From an uncultured Chloroflexia bacterium (GTDB lineage: Bacteria; Chloroflexota; Limnocylindria; Limnocylindrales; CSP1-4): a stretch of DNA of 64,000 nt. Location of the stretch: positions 107,132-171,131 of the forward strand of contig CAVTMH010000002.1 of the NCBI GenBank assembly GCA_963735785.1, in the 5' to 3' direction. Shown one piece after another: positions 9,291-18,747 of this stretch. Every line of letters begins with the position of its first letter. Position 1 is the stretch's first letter. The position numbers were made by a program, and so were the translations under genes. The notes under the pieces are model-generated. The model had not been told where the DNA came from. It searched no databases and worked only from the letters and a program-made list of their open reading frames with translations.

Positions 9291-10379
9291 TCAGATGGTG
9301 TTCTCCATCTCGCGGATGAGCTCTTCGAGCTCCGGACCGAGCGCCACGAGCGCCGTCGCAGACAGGATGATCGCGAACCCGACGGCGAGCACGATCAGCA
9401 GGAGGCATCCGGCGAGCGTGGCGCCGTCACCGCTCGTGGTCGAACGGATCACGAGCGAGTTCGCCCACTTGTCGTGGAGGCCCTGGCGACGGTCGTTGGT
9501 GATCGCGGTGAAGAACAGGAAGAGCTGCAACGCGAACTGCGCGATCCCCGCCGCGGACTGCAGGGCCGGGATGAGGATCAACAGGGAGAGCGGGAAGCCA
9601 AGTGCGATGAACCGCTTGGTCGCGGCGGACAGTGAGAGCGTCCCGCCCGTAGGGGCGTCGACGAGCTGCATCTTCAGCCCACGCATCCCGGGCGTGGCGC
9701 GCGCGCCGCTCGTCCAGAAGCCCACGAAATACAGGAACTGGACCGCGACCCCGATGAGCGTGACGAGGATCAGCTGCGGCGTGACCGCGAAGACGAAGGA
9801 TGTCGGGGTGGCCGGATTCGTCGACGCTTCGATCGCCTGCCTGAACATGCCCGCGTAGTCGACCACGAGAAAGGTCAGGATCGTCGGGATGATCGAGACC
9901 AGCACGCTGTCGATGAAGTAGGCGACGAGACGGGCACCCATGCCGGCGACGACGTATCCCTCGCGACCGGGGGCGACGGCCGCCGGGCCGGGAGTCTCCC
10001 AGCCGACCACCGGGGCGGCCGGGGTGGCAGGTCCGCCGGCGTCCGGTGGAACGGCTGGGCTGGCGCTGATGATCGGGCTCGGGGGCGGCGGGGCAGCCTC
10101 GGTGGTCGGCGGCGGGCCGCCGTCAGGCGGCGTCGGTGTCGGGACGTCGAGGGGCGCCGGCTGGGTCGGGGTCCGATCGGTCATGGGCGTCTCGCCCGGG
10201 GGCACGTCGCCTGTCGGCGCGGTCGGCGGCACGTCGCCCGATGGCGCGGCCGGTACGGGCTCCGCGGCCTCCGGTGGCGTCCAGGCGACGGTCGGCTGCT
10301 CCTCGAGCGGGGCGTCGTCGGAGGCGCCGGGGTCGGAGCCGTCCGGCCTCCGCTCCAGGTCGTCGGGTGGCTGGGTCAT
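9291..10379 (-). CDS. RDD family membrane protein with ~185-aa Pro-rich disordered N-terminus
   Basis: The RDD-type TM core (GARLVAYFIDSVLVS...RRQGLHDKWANSLVI) is preceded by a long P/T/A-rich region. ATG at 10379 (MTQPPDD) was chosen over the upstream track start. Confidence 0.65.
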   Translation of the reverse strand: MTQPPDDLERRPDGSDPGASDDAPLEEQPTVAWTPPEAAEPVPAAPSGDVPPTAPTGDVPPGETPMTDRTPTQPAPLDVPTPTPPDGGPPPTTEAAPPPPSPIISASPAVPPDAGGPATPAAPVVGWETPGPAAVAPGREGYVVAGMGARLVAYFIDSVLVSIIPTILTFLVVDYAGMFRQAIEASTNPATPTSFVFAVTPQLILVTLIGVAVQFLYFVGFWTSGARATPGMRGLKMQLVDAPTGGTLSLSAATKRFIALGFPLSLLILIPALQSAAGIAQFALQLFLFFTAITNDRRQGLHDKWANSLVIRSTTSGDGATLAGCLLLIVLAVGFAIILSATALVALGPELEELIREMENTI

Positions 10380-10533
10380 CGTCCTCCCCTTGCATGCGTC
10401 GGCACCGGTGCCATCATAGGGGTCCGATTCGACGCTGGAGGAGCGGGATGGGAACGGAGCCCCAGGATCCCCGCAGGGATTCGCCGATGTGCGGCTCCCT
10501 CCGGCGCGACGCGGGTGCAATGGGAGCCGGTGC

Positions 10534-10559
10534 GCAGCTGCCGCGGTCGCAGCTGCCGC
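10534..10559. promoter_or_regulatory. Direct repeat of an 11-mer containing the palindrome CAGCTG (gcagctgccgc-ggtc-gcagctgccgc)
   Basis: Seen in sequence. Lies in the divergent intergenic region between the RDD gene (minus, start 10379) and the small plus-strand gene at 10720. A candidate operator. Confidence 0.2.
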
Positions 10560-10719
10560 CGCGCTAGCTTCCTACGATCCGTACCGAAAGGAACCCCGAC
10601 GTGGCGAAGCTCGATGCGACGCAGCGCGCCAAGCTCCAGGGACTTCAGTCATCCATGACCAGGTCGCCATTGGCCGCTCGCTCGCCCTCGACCGACGATC
10701 GCAGTACGAAGGGCTAGCC

Positions 10720-10986
10720 ATGCCGACCCGAACCGCCAAGCAGATCCTTGCCGAATGGCACGAGCTCGCGATGCAGCGATCAGAAGTGACCGACAGCGAT
10801 CTGGCCGACGGCCTCGCGGCCCGGATCGAGCAACTTCGTCGCGAGTACATCGAGGGAACGCCGCCCGAGGCGCAAGGTCCTGCCCGAGCGATCGCGGATG
10901 ACGACGAGCCGAAGATCCAGATGCGATTCGACTGGTCGAAGTCGCCGGCCGGCACCGCGCGGGACGACTCGGGGCCCGAGCGCTGA
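10720..10986 (+). CDS. Small hypothetical protein (88 aa), helical and acidic, slightly lower GC than neighbours
   Basis: ATG 10720 preceded by a gaaggg RBS. Product MPTRTAKQILAEWHELAMQRSEVTDSDLADGLAARIEQLRREYIEG.. has no recognised family. One of few plus-strand genes; it ends 43 nt from the tRNA-Pro 3' end. Confidence 0.4.
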   Translation: MPTRTAKQILAEWHELAMQRSEVTDSDLADGLAARIEQLRREYIEGTPPEAQGPARAIADDDEPKIQMRFDWSKSPAGTARDDSGPER

Positions 10987-11028
10987 CCCTGCGCTCGTCC
11001 GCCGCCACAGCACGACCTGTGCGGGGAT

Positions 11029-11105
11029 TGGTCGGGGCGGCCGGATTTGAACCGACGACCACCAGTCCCCCAGACTGGTGCGCTACCAGACTGCGCCACG
11101 CCCCG
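11029..11105 (-). tRNA. tRNA-Pro (anticodon GGG)
   Basis: Reverse complement folds as a canonical cloverleaf: CGGGGCG-TG-GCGC-AGTCTGGTA-GCGC-A-CCAGT-CTGGGGG-ACTGG-TGGTC-GTCGG-TTCAAAT-CCGGC-CGCCCCG-A-CCA. Seven-bp acceptor stem, TPsiC-like GTTCAAAT, encoded CCA. Confidence 0.9.
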
Positions 11106-11156
11106 ACGAAGGTCGAAGTCTAGCATGGGGTCCATCGGCGACCACCCTGGACCTTC

Positions 11157-12170
11157 CTATCCCAGCTCGCCCAGCTCGTCCTTCGATTCGCGGGCGAGCA
11201 GGTCGATGAGGCAGCGCTGGACGCTCTTGCCTTCGAACAGCGCGCTGTGGACCTCCTGCGCGATCGGCATCTCGACGTCCAGCCGTTCGGCCAGCGCGAG
11301 TGCCGCCTCGACGGTGTAGGCGCCCTCGGCCGTGCCGGGCAGGGTCGCTTCGATCTCGAACCATGGCCGGCCACGTGCCAGCTCCTCGCCGAGCCGGTGA
11401 TTGCGCGACAGCGTGGACCCGCACGTGGCGATGACATCGCCGATCCCGGCCAGCCCCGCGAAGGTCAGCGGGTTGGCCCCGGCCGCCGCCCCGAGACGCA
11501 TCATCTCGGCCAGACCCCGGGTCATCAGCCCGGCCTTGCCGTTGTCGCCGAACCCCAGGCCGTCCGCCGCACCCGCCGCGATCGCGACGATGTTCTTGAG
11601 GGCGCCGCAGAGCTCCACGCCGAGCACGTCGCGGTTCACGTACAAGCGGAACTCACGCCGGCCCAGGCGCTCCGCGATGCGCGCCGCGAGCGCCGGGTCG
11701 TTGGCCGCCACCACAGCCGACGCCGGCAGTCCGCGGGCGATCTCGCCGGCGAGGTTCGGCCCCGACAGGGCGGCGACCCGTGCGGGCTCGATGTCGGCGG
11801 CCTCGGCGATGACCTCGGTCATGCGCAGCAGCGTGCCGGCCTCGAGCCCTTTCACGACCGACAGCACGTCCGCCCCGGCCGGAACATGAGGCCCGACGCG
11901 CGTGGCGATCGCGCGCAGGTGGGGCGACGGCGTGGCGAAGATCACGAGCTCCAGCGCGTCCGCCACATCGGCGGGGTCGGACGAGGCCACCAGCTCGTCC
12001 GGCAGGTCGATCCCCGCCAGCCGTCGCTCGTTGCGATGCGTCCGGTTGATCTCGTCGGCCGGCTCCGCCCGGTGGCAGAGCAGGAGCACCGGCTCGCGCT
12101 TGGCGACGATGGCGGCCAGCGTCGTGCCCCACGCACCGGCCCCGACGACCGCGACGCGCGGGCCTGCCAT
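11157..12170 (-). CDS. gpsA: NAD(P)H-dependent glycerol-3-phosphate dehydrogenase
   Basis: N-terminal GAGAWGTTLA Rossmann motif, GxKNxxAIAAG catalytic region, and overall GpsA length of 337 aa. Confidence 0.9.
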   Translation of the reverse strand: MAGPRVAVVGAGAWGTTLAAIVAKREPVLLLCHRAEPADEINRTHRNERRLAGIDLPDELVASSDPADVADALELVIFATPSPHLRAIATRVGPHVPAGADVLSVVKGLEAGTLLRMTEVIAEAADIEPARVAALSGPNLAGEIARGLPASAVVAANDPALAARIAERLGRREFRLYVNRDVLGVELCGALKNIVAIAAGAADGLGFGDNGKAGLMTRGLAEMMRLGAAAGANPLTFAGLAGIGDVIATCGSTLSRNHRLGEELARGRPWFEIEATLPGTAEGAYTVEAALALAERLDVEMPIAQEVHSALFEGKSVQRCLIDLLARESKDELGELG

Positions 12171-12189
12171 CAGTGCGCCGGGGCGGACA

Positions 12190-13830
12190 TCAGCGCGAGC
12201 GTCGGGTGCGCGCGGCGCTCGGCCGTCTAGCGGCCTTGACCGGTGCCGAGCGGCTCGTCTTGCGGCGGGGCAGCTTCACGGACGCGCGGTCCCGGAACAC
12301 CAAGCGGATCGGCGTGCCATCGAAGCCGAATGTCTCGCGCAGCCGGTTCTCGAGATAGCGCCGGTACGAGAAGTGGATGAGCGAGTCGTCCGACGCGAAG
12401 AAGACGAACGTCGGTGGGGCGATGGCCGCCTGTGTGGCGTAGAAGATCCTGGGACGCCGCCCACGGACCGGCGGTGGCGGCGTCCGTTCGAGCGCGGTCA
12501 TCAGGACCCGGTTCAGCTCGCCGGTCGGGATGCGGCGGCGCCGCTCGGCCCAGATGTCGACCGCGGCCTCGAGGACGCGCCCGACACGCTGGCCGGTCTT
12601 GGCGCTGATCGAGACGATCGGCGCGAAGTCGAGGAACGGGACCTCGTTGCGGATCCATTCCGTGTACTGGTCGAAGGTCCGATCGGTCTTGTCGGCGACG
12701 AGATCCCACTTGTTGACGGCGACGACGAGGCCCTTGCCCTCCTCGACCGCGTAGCCCGCGACGTGGGCGTCCTGCGCGGTCAGGCCCTCGACGGCATCGA
12801 TGACCAGCACGGCGACATCGGCACGTGATAGCGCGCTCAGGGCGCGCAGGGTCGAGTACCGCTCCGCCGCCGGCCCCGAGGCGACCTTGCCGCGGCGCTT
12901 GATGCCGGCGGTGTCGATGAGGACGATCTCGCTGCGGCCCCAGGCGAGCCGCGTATCGATCGCGTCGCGGGTGGTCCCCGGTGTCTCCGAGACGATCGCG
13001 CGCTCCTCGCCGAGCAGGGCGTTGAGCAGGCTCGACTTGCCGACGTTCGGCCGACCGACGAACGCGATCGAGGCCGGGCCGCTCTCCGCCTCGGCAGCGA
13101 TCGCCGCATCCCAGCGCGCCGCCTCGCTCGCCGCCGGATCGTCCGTCTCGGCGCCGTCATCCCCATCGGCCCGATCGCCTTCCTCGGGCTGGTCCACGAC
13201 GAACGGCTCCAGCCGGCCGGCCGCCACCTCGTCGGCCCATTCCTCGGCCTGGGCCTCGCGTTCCTTGCGCGCCGTCTCCTCCGGGCTCTCCGGCGGCAGC
13301 GCCCAGACGATCGCATCGAGCAGGTCGCCGGTTCCGCGCCCGTGCGAGGCCGAGATCGGGTAGGTCTCCTCCCAGCCAAGCGCGTAGAACTCCATCCCTT
13401 CGAGCTCCCGCTTCTCGTTGTCGGCCTTGTTGACCGCGACGAGGACCGGTGCCGTCGCGCGGCGCAGGAGCTCCGCTGCCTCGGCGTCGGCTGGCGTCAG
13501 CCCGGTCACGGCATCGACGACGAACACGATCACGTCCGCCTCGGCGATGGCGAGGCGGGCCTGCTCCTGGACACGCGTCTCGATCGGGTCGTTCGGGTCG
13601 AGCTCGAGGCCGCCCGTATCGACGAGCACGAAGCGCCGTCCGTTCCACTCGGTATCGCCGTACAGCCGGTCGCGCGTCGTTCGGGCGCGGTCCTCGACGA
13701 TGGCCGTGCGCGACCCGATGACGCGGTTGAACAGCGTGCTCTTGCCGACATTGGGCCGCCCGACGATGGCGACGACCGGGAGCGCCCCGCCGAGCCTCGT
13801 AGTGGCACGGGCCGTGGACTTGGCCACCAC
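12190..13830 (-). CDS. der: Ribosome-biogenesis GTPase Der (EngA): two G domains plus KH domain, with basic C-terminal tail
   Basis: Two P-loops ([24 protein letters not shown]) each followed by DTxG motifs, then a KH-like domain. Lys/Arg-rich tail. Confidence 0.9.
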   Translation of the reverse strand: MVAKSTARATTRLGGALPVVAIVGRPNVGKSTLFNRVIGSRTAIVEDRARTTRDRLYGDTEWNGRRFVLVDTGGLELDPNDPIETRVQEQARLAIAEADVIVFVVDAVTGLTPADAEAAELLRRATAPVLVAVNKADNEKRELEGMEFYALGWEETYPISASHGRGTGDLLDAIVWALPPESPEETARKEREAQAEEWADEVAAGRLEPFVVDQPEEGDRADGDDGAETDDPAASEAARWDAAIAAEAESGPASIAFVGRPNVGKSSLLNALLGEERAIVSETPGTTRDAIDTRLAWGRSEIVLIDTAGIKRRGKVASGPAAERYSTLRALSALSRADVAVLVIDAVEGLTAQDAHVAGYAVEEGKGLVVAVNKWDLVADKTDRTFDQYTEWIRNEVPFLDFAPIVSISAKTGQRVGRVLEAAVDIWAERRRRIPTGELNRVLMTALERTPPPPVRGRRPRIFYATQAAIAPPTFVFFASDDSLIHFSYRRYLENRLRETFGFDGTPIRLVFRDRASVKLPRRKTSRSAPVKAARRPSAARTRRSR

Positions 13831-13832
13831 CG

Positions 13833-14807
13833 TCAGGCTACGCCGGAGGTCGGTCGCGCGGTGCCCGGGAGAGAGGTGGTCCGACCCGCCGGTGTCGCGG
13901 CAACGGCCAGGGCTGTCCCGGCGAGCTCATTGGCCCGTGCTGCGACATCGGGCGTGCCGGCCATTTCGAGGATGTGCTGGGCGACGTCGCGCAGGTCCTC
14001 GATCGGGGTCGAGGTCCCACCGGTCACCCCGACGACGCGCGCCGTGCCGAAGACGGCGGAGTCGGTCAGGTCACGGACCCCTTCGACCTGGACGGCCGGG
14101 GTCCCGGCGATCTCGCACAACCGGGTCAGCTCCTTGGTGTTGGCGCTCGACCGGCCTCCGACCACGACCATGAGATCGACGTCCTTCGCCGCCTCCATCG
14201 TGTCCTGCTGGCGGCGGATCGTGACGGGGCAGACCGTGTTGACGATCTTGAGCTCGTGGGCGCGCCCGACCATGAACGCGGCGAGCTTCTCGAACTTCCA
14301 CGGCGGCTGGGTCGACTGGCTGATCAGTGCCATCCGCTTCTTGCGCGGGATGGCGGCCTCCCATTCCTCTTCCTCGTCGACGACGATGGCGTCGGGGGCG
14401 AACCCCAGCATGCCGACGACCTCGGCGTGCCTGGGTGTGCCCAGGAGGACGATCGTGTAGCCCTCCTCGACGAGCTTGGTCAGCTCCCGATGCTCCTGGA
14501 TGACCCACGTGCAGGTGCCGTCGATGACCTCCAGCCCGCGCGCCTCCGCCCGATCCATGACGTCAGGGCGCACGCCGTGCGCCCTGATGACGACCGCGGC
14601 GCCGTGGTCGACGTCGTCGAGAGTCTCGACCGTCTCGATACCGAGATCCTGGAGGTCCCGCACGACGCCCTCGTTGTGGACGACCTGGCCGAGGGTATGC
14701 GTCGCCTTGCCGGCGGCCGAGGCCTCCTTGGCCTTGTCGATCGCTTCTCGAACTCCGTAGCAGAACCCGGTGCGCTTCGCGATCCGGACTTCTTCGACGA
14801 TTCCCAC
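13833..14807 (-). CDS. ispH: 4-hydroxy-3-methylbut-2-enyl diphosphate reductase IspH (LytB) with ~50-aa C-terminal extension
   Basis: IspH pattern ([10 protein letters not shown], conserved Cys/His/Glu regions). GTG at 14807 (VGIVEEV..) was chosen; the 175-codon Arg-rich upstream extension of the track ORF overlaps plsC. Confidence 0.85.
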   Translation of the reverse strand: MGIVEEVRIAKRTGFCYGVREAIDKAKEASAAGKATHTLGQVVHNEGVVRDLQDLGIETVETLDDVDHGAAVVIRAHGVRPDVMDRAEARGLEVIDGTCTWVIQEHRELTKLVEEGYTIVLLGTPRHAEVVGMLGFAPDAIVVDEEEEWEAAIPRKKRMALISQSTQPPWKFEKLAAFMVGRAHELKIVNTVCPVTIRRQQDTMEAAKDVDLMVVVGGRSSANTKELTRLCEIAGTPAVQVEGVRDLTDSAVFGTARVVGVTGGTSTPIEDLRDVAQHILEMAGTPDVAARANELAGTALAVAATPAGRTTSLPGTARPTSGVA

Positions 14808-14833
14808 GCGTCGATTATCGCACGGGGCCCTGT

Positions 14834-15544
14834 TCAAGCCCCGTAGACGCCCCGTTGCCGTTCGGGGAGCAGCGCGGCGATCCGACGCATGAGGATGTCC
14901 GTGGCGTGCCCTTTGGCGTCCCCTTTCGCGACGTCGGGCGGCAGCACCTCGGCGAGGCGAAACGGGGAACCGACTCGGACCGTGACACGGCCACCGGGAC
15001 GCGGCAACAGCCGGCCGCGTGGCCAGACACGGTCGGAACCGGCGATCCCGACCGGCACGATGGGCGCCCCGGTGCGCAGCGCGAGCGAGGCGACCCCGTC
15101 CCGGCCCTCCTGCAGCACCCCGTCGCGACTGCGCGTGCCTTCTGGGAACACGAACAGCACATGACCCTCGTCGAGGATCCGCTTCGCGAGGCGGTACGCC
15201 TCGACGTCGGCCCTCGAGCGGTCGACCGGATGCACGCCGCCGTGGCTGGCCAGGAACCCGATCACGGGCCACGCGAAGAGCTCCTTCTTGCCGAGCCACT
15301 GGAGACGCCGCCCGATCCTGGGGATGAGCCACGAGCCGAGCACGACCGCGTCGAGGTTCGAGGCGTGGTTGGCGGCGATGATGACCGGACCCTCACGCGG
15401 GATCTCGTCGAGCGCCCCCTCGACCCCGACACGCGTCATCGCGCGCCCGAAGATCCGGCCGCCGAACGTGAGCACGGCGATGAGCGGCGTGATCGAGCTG
15501 TCGATGGGCGGGCGCTCGTCGCCCGCTGATCCCGGGGCGCTCAT
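14834..15544 (-). CDS. plsC: 1-acyl-sn-glycerol-3-phosphate acyltransferase (lysophospholipid acyltransferase)
   Basis: HX4D motif (NHASNLD) and FPEGTRS motif. ATGA overlap with the cmk stop. Confidence 0.8.
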   Translation of the reverse strand: MSAPGSAGDERPPIDSSITPLIAVLTFGGRIFGRAMTRVGVEGALDEIPREGPVIIAANHASNLDAVVLGSWLIPRIGRRLQWLGKKELFAWPVIGFLASHGGVHPVDRSRADVEAYRLAKRILDEGHVLFVFPEGTRSRDGVLQEGRDGVASLALRTGAPIVPVGIAGSDRVWPRGRLLPRPGGRVTVRVGSPFRLAEVLPPDVAKGDAKGHATDILMRRIAALLPERQRGVYGA

Positions 15545-16239
15545 CGTGCGCCGGGCGTCGCGCCGGAGCGCGCCTCGGCGTCGCGGATCGCGCCGACGAC
15601 CGCGGCGACCGTCTGCTCGAACGTGTTGCCGTCCGTGGTCAGGATCCTGGCGTCAGGAGCGATCCGAAGCGGAGCCACGAGACGCGTCGCGTCAAGCCGA
15701 TCGCGCCGGCGCAGCGCGTCGAGGATCGCGGCCGCCCCCGGACCGTCCGGATCCAGGCCCCGCTCCTCGGCGCGGCGGCGGGCCCGCTCCGTCACGGATG
15801 CATCGAGGTAGAGCTTGAGGTCGGCGTCGGGCAGCACGACCGTGCCGATGTCGCGGCCCGCCATGACGATGCCGCCGTCACGCGCGAGGTCGCGCTGGCG
15901 CTGCAGCAGCGCAGAGCGCACCTCCGGCACGGCGGAGACGGCGGACACGGCCGAATCGACGGCGGGCGCGCGCACGTCCGCGGTGTGATCGACCCCGTCC
16001 ACGAGCACGCCCGCGAGGCGCCCCTCCGCGTCGCTGGCGAGTTGCACGTCGTCGACCAGGCCGACGAGTCCCTCCGCGTCGTCGACCGACACGCCACGAG
16101 CCTCCGCAAGCCACGTAACGGCGCGATAGAGGAGGCCCGTGTCACAGAACCGATATCCGGCCGCGCGGGCGGCCGCCGCGCCGACGCTGCTCTTGCCAGA
16201 CGAGCCCGGCCCGTCGAGCGCCACGATCAGTCGTCTCAT
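15541..16239 (-). CDS. cmk: Cytidylate kinase
   Basis: IALDGPGSSGKSS P-loop and cmk-like body, 233 aa. Internal ATG at 16239 was chosen over the 248-codon Arg/Pro-rich track extension. Confidence 0.9.
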   Translation of the reverse strand: MRRLIVALDGPGSSGKSSVGAAAARAAGYRFCDTGLLYRAVTWLAEARGVSVDDAEGLVGLVDDVQLASDAEGRLAGVLVDGVDHTADVRAPAVDSAVSAVSAVPEVRSALLQRQRDLARDGGIVMAGRDIGTVVLPDADLKLYLDASVTERARRRAEERGLDPDGPGAAAILDALRRRDRLDATRLVAPLRIAPDARILTTDGNTFEQTVAAVVGAIRDAEARSGATPGAR

Positions 16240-16256
16240 CGTTCCCACGATACCGG

Positions 16257-17201
16257 TCAGTCCCGGGCCGACCGGGCGAGGACATCCTCGAGTAACTCGA
16301 CGAACTCGTCCGGTGGGTGGACCGCGATCTTCCTGCCGTCCTCGCGATGCGGGACCTGGACGATCGAGCCCTCGTGCCACCAGTACGGCTGGTCGCTGAT
16401 CGAGCCCGGGCCGTCGCGGAAGAGCTGGACCGCCATTCGGTACATCGCCTGCATCGCGGCGACCGCGCTGGCGTCGACGATCGGATGGACGAGGAGCGTG
16501 TGCCGGTTCGGTACCGCGATGAGCGCGTCCGTTGCCCCGGCCGGCAGGCTCTCGGCCAGGCACAGGGCGCGCGTCGCCACGTAGAAACCGTCGCCGTACC
16601 AGACCGTCAGCCGCGCGTCGTCGGTGTCGACATCCTCGTGGACCGGCGTCGGCTCGGCCGCCATGTTGTCGAGCGCGTGCTCGAAGACGCCGTCGAGGTC
16701 GACGGGCCAGCGGGCGAGGTGCTCGAGGTGGACACCCGCCGTGGAATCGGGGAAGTCGAACACGAGCACACCGAGGATGCCGGGGGCGATCTCGCGCGTG
16801 ACCGAGCCCGGCATCTCGACCCCACCCATCGACGCGTCCGGCATCAGCCGGATCCGGAGGATCGGCTTGACCTGGTCGTAGTCGGCCGCGAGCGCGTCGA
16901 GGTCGCGCCCCTGTACGGCCAGCAGGCTCGTGAAATGGGCAGCGATGATCCGCGACCAATCCTCGCGGCGGGCGGCGTGGCACAGCTGCGAGAGGTTGGC
17001 CAGCCCCAGCTGGTGCGGTTCGTCGCTCCCGGGCTGTCGCGCCAGGACCATGCCGTCGCCCATCTCGACCGTCATGTCGCGCCGTCGCAGGTCGGCCGAC
17101 ACCGCATCGGTGAACGCGGTGTACTCCCGGCCGGTCGAGAACGGTGCCCAGTCGGGCACGGCCACCTCGTCGACGCCGAGGAGCCGCTTGAGGAAAGCCA
17201 T
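16257..17201 (-). CDS. Hypothetical protein (314 aa), no recognised domain
   Basis: High-GC3 ORF translationally coupled to the rluB stop (TGATG). Wedged between rluB and cmk, which are normally adjacent. Confidence 0.55.
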   Translation of the reverse strand: MAFLKRLLGVDEVAVPDWAPFSTGREYTAFTDAVSADLRRRDMTVEMGDGMVLARQPGSDEPHQLGLANLSQLCHAARREDWSRIIAAHFTSLLAVQGRDLDALAADYDQVKPILRIRLMPDASMGGVEMPGSVTREIAPGILGVLVFDFPDSTAGVHLEHLARWPVDLDGVFEHALDNMAAEPTPVHEDVDTDDARLTVWYGDGFYVATRALCLAESLPAGATDALIAVPNRHTLLVHPIVDASAVAAMQAMYRMAVQLFRDGPGSISDQPYWWHEGSIVQVPHREDGRKIAVHPPDEFVELLEDVLARSARD

Positions 17202-18079
17202 CAGCCCGGTCCGGCCTGGCGGGGTCCGGTCGGGCGGCGTCCGGTCGGGCGGGGTCCGGGCTGGCGCGTCAGGGCCGGGCGGGCGCCGGCGGCGGACGCG
17301 CGCGAGCGGCCGGCTCCGGCGCCGAGGCCGCGGATCTCGGGCGCCTTGAGCGGGCGGACGACCCCGCTGCGGAGCCCATCGATGCGGACCGGGCCGATCC
17401 GGACGCGAACGAGACGCCGCACCGGCGCTTCGACCGCCCCGAACATCCGGCGGAGCTGTCGTTTCCAGCCCTGGGTCAGGGTGGCTCGATACCAGGTGAG
17501 GTCCGCTGACGGCGCGGGTCGGAGGAGGTCGGTGAGCCGCTGGGTCTCGATGGACGTCATCGGGCGCAGACCGCCCAGCGTGGCCAGGCCCTCGCTCAGC
17601 GGGATGCCGGACTGCAGCGCGGTGGCCTGATCGTCGTCGAGCGGGGCCTCGAGCCCGATCGCGTACTCGCGTTCGACACCATGGCGCGGATGCATCACCC
17701 GGTCGGCCCAGTCGCCGTCATTGGTCAGGAGCAGCAGCCCCTCCGAATCCTGGTCGAGCCGGCCGACCGGATACAGCCTCGCCCCGTCGGGCACGAGTGC
17801 GGTCGGGATGAGCTGCAGCACGGTCGTGGCCGCGTGGCGGTCCTGGGTGGTGGACGTGACGCCGGCGGGCTTGTGCAGCAGCAGGTGGGCCATCGCCGCG
17901 GCGCTGCCGATGATGCGGCCGTCGACGGCGATGATCACGCGATCCGGGTCGACCTGCGACCCGATGGTGGCCCGCTTGCCGTCGACCGTGACGCGCCCGG
18001 CGGCGATCATCGATTCGGCCGACCGGCGTGAGGCGATACCGGCGGCGGCCAGCACCTTCTGGAGCCGCTCGGTCGCCAT
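17201..18079 (-). CDS. rluB: Pseudouridine synthase (RluB/RsuA family) with N-terminal S4 domain
   Basis: S4 domain (VLAAAGIASRRSAESMIAAGRVTVDG) and pseudouridine synthase catalytic motif (YPVGRLDQDSEGLLLLTNDG). Confidence 0.85.
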   Translation of the reverse strand: MATERLQKVLAAAGIASRRSAESMIAAGRVTVDGKRATIGSQVDPDRVIIAVDGRIIGSAAAMAHLLLHKPAGVTSTTQDRHAATTVLQLIPTALVPDGARLYPVGRLDQDSEGLLLLTNDGDWADRVMHPRHGVEREYAIGLEAPLDDDQATALQSGIPLSEGLATLGGLRPMTSIETQRLTDLLRPAPSADLTWYRATLTQGWKRQLRRMFGAVEAPVRRLVRVRIGPVRIDGLRSGVVRPLKAPEIRGLGAGAGRSRASAAGARPALTRQPGPRPTGRRPTGPRQAGPG

Positions 18080-18747
18080 CAGGGGTCGGCTCGATGGTCG
18101 TCGGGCTCCCTCTCACGGCGGGATTCCGGGCCGACCGCGGCCGCGTCGGCCGACGCCGAACTCTCGCCACCGTCGAACATGACGTCCGTCATCGGCTCAC
18201 CGCCCTCCTCGGCGAGGCGGGCCGCAACGTCGGCGTCGAGCGCCGGCAGGTCGTCGAGGCTGGTGATCCCGAATCGTTCCAGGAACTCGAAACCGGTGCC
18301 GTACAGGAACGGGCGGCCGGGGGCCGCCGACCGCCCGAGCTCGACGACGAGCCGGCGATGCAGGAGCGAGCGGACGGTGTAGTCCGAGTCGACGCCGCGG
18401 ATCCGTTCGATCGCGGCCCTCGTGACCGGTTGCCGGTAGGCGACGATCGCCAGTGTCTCGAGTGACGCTGGCGACAGGCGGACGGCGTCGGCACCGACAT
18501 AGCGGGCGACGAGCGCACCGGTCTCGGCGGCGGTGACCAGCTCGACCCGGTCGCCGTCGACGACCAGGCGGATGCCGCGGTCGCGGAGCGACACCTCGAG
18601 GTCCCCCAGTCGCTCGTCGACCGTGGCGCGGTCCGTCCCGGCGAGCGCGGCGATCTCGCGGCGGCTCAGCGGCCGCTCCGCGACGAACAGCAGCGCCTCG
18701 AGGGCGGTCTCGGTCAGCTCGATCGGCGGGAGTGCCTCGTCCGTCAC
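18079..18747 (-). CDS. scpB: Segregation and condensation protein B
   Basis: ScpB winged-helix pattern (ALEALLFVAERPLSRREIAALAG...). GTG at 18747 overlaps the scpA TGA (GTGA). Confidence 0.85.
   Translation of the reverse strand: MTDEALPPIELTETALEALLFVAERPLSRREIAALAGTDRATVDERLGDLEVSLRDRGIRLVVDGDRVELVTAAETGALVARYVGADAVRLSPASLETLAIVAYRQPVTRAAIERIRGVDSDYTVRSLLHRRLVVELGRSAAPGRPFLYGTGFEFLERFGITSLDDLPALDADVAARLAEEGGEPMTDVMFDGGESSASADAAAVGPESRREREPDDHRADP

Noticed and set aside
10572-11135. 187-aa minus-strand ORF
   Set aside because: Overlaps the tRNA-Pro gene and the plus-strand small gene; Ser/Arg/Cys-rich junk translation.
13833-15332. Long N-terminal extensions of track ORFs (ispH 499 aa, cmk 480 aa, scpB 544 aa, mnmA 449 aa, alaS 960 aa, relA 857 aa, EamA 545 aa, etc.)
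   Set aside because: Extensions are Arg/Pro-rich, overlap the upstream gene, and an internal ATG/GTG coupled to the upstream stop gives a protein of canonical length in each case.
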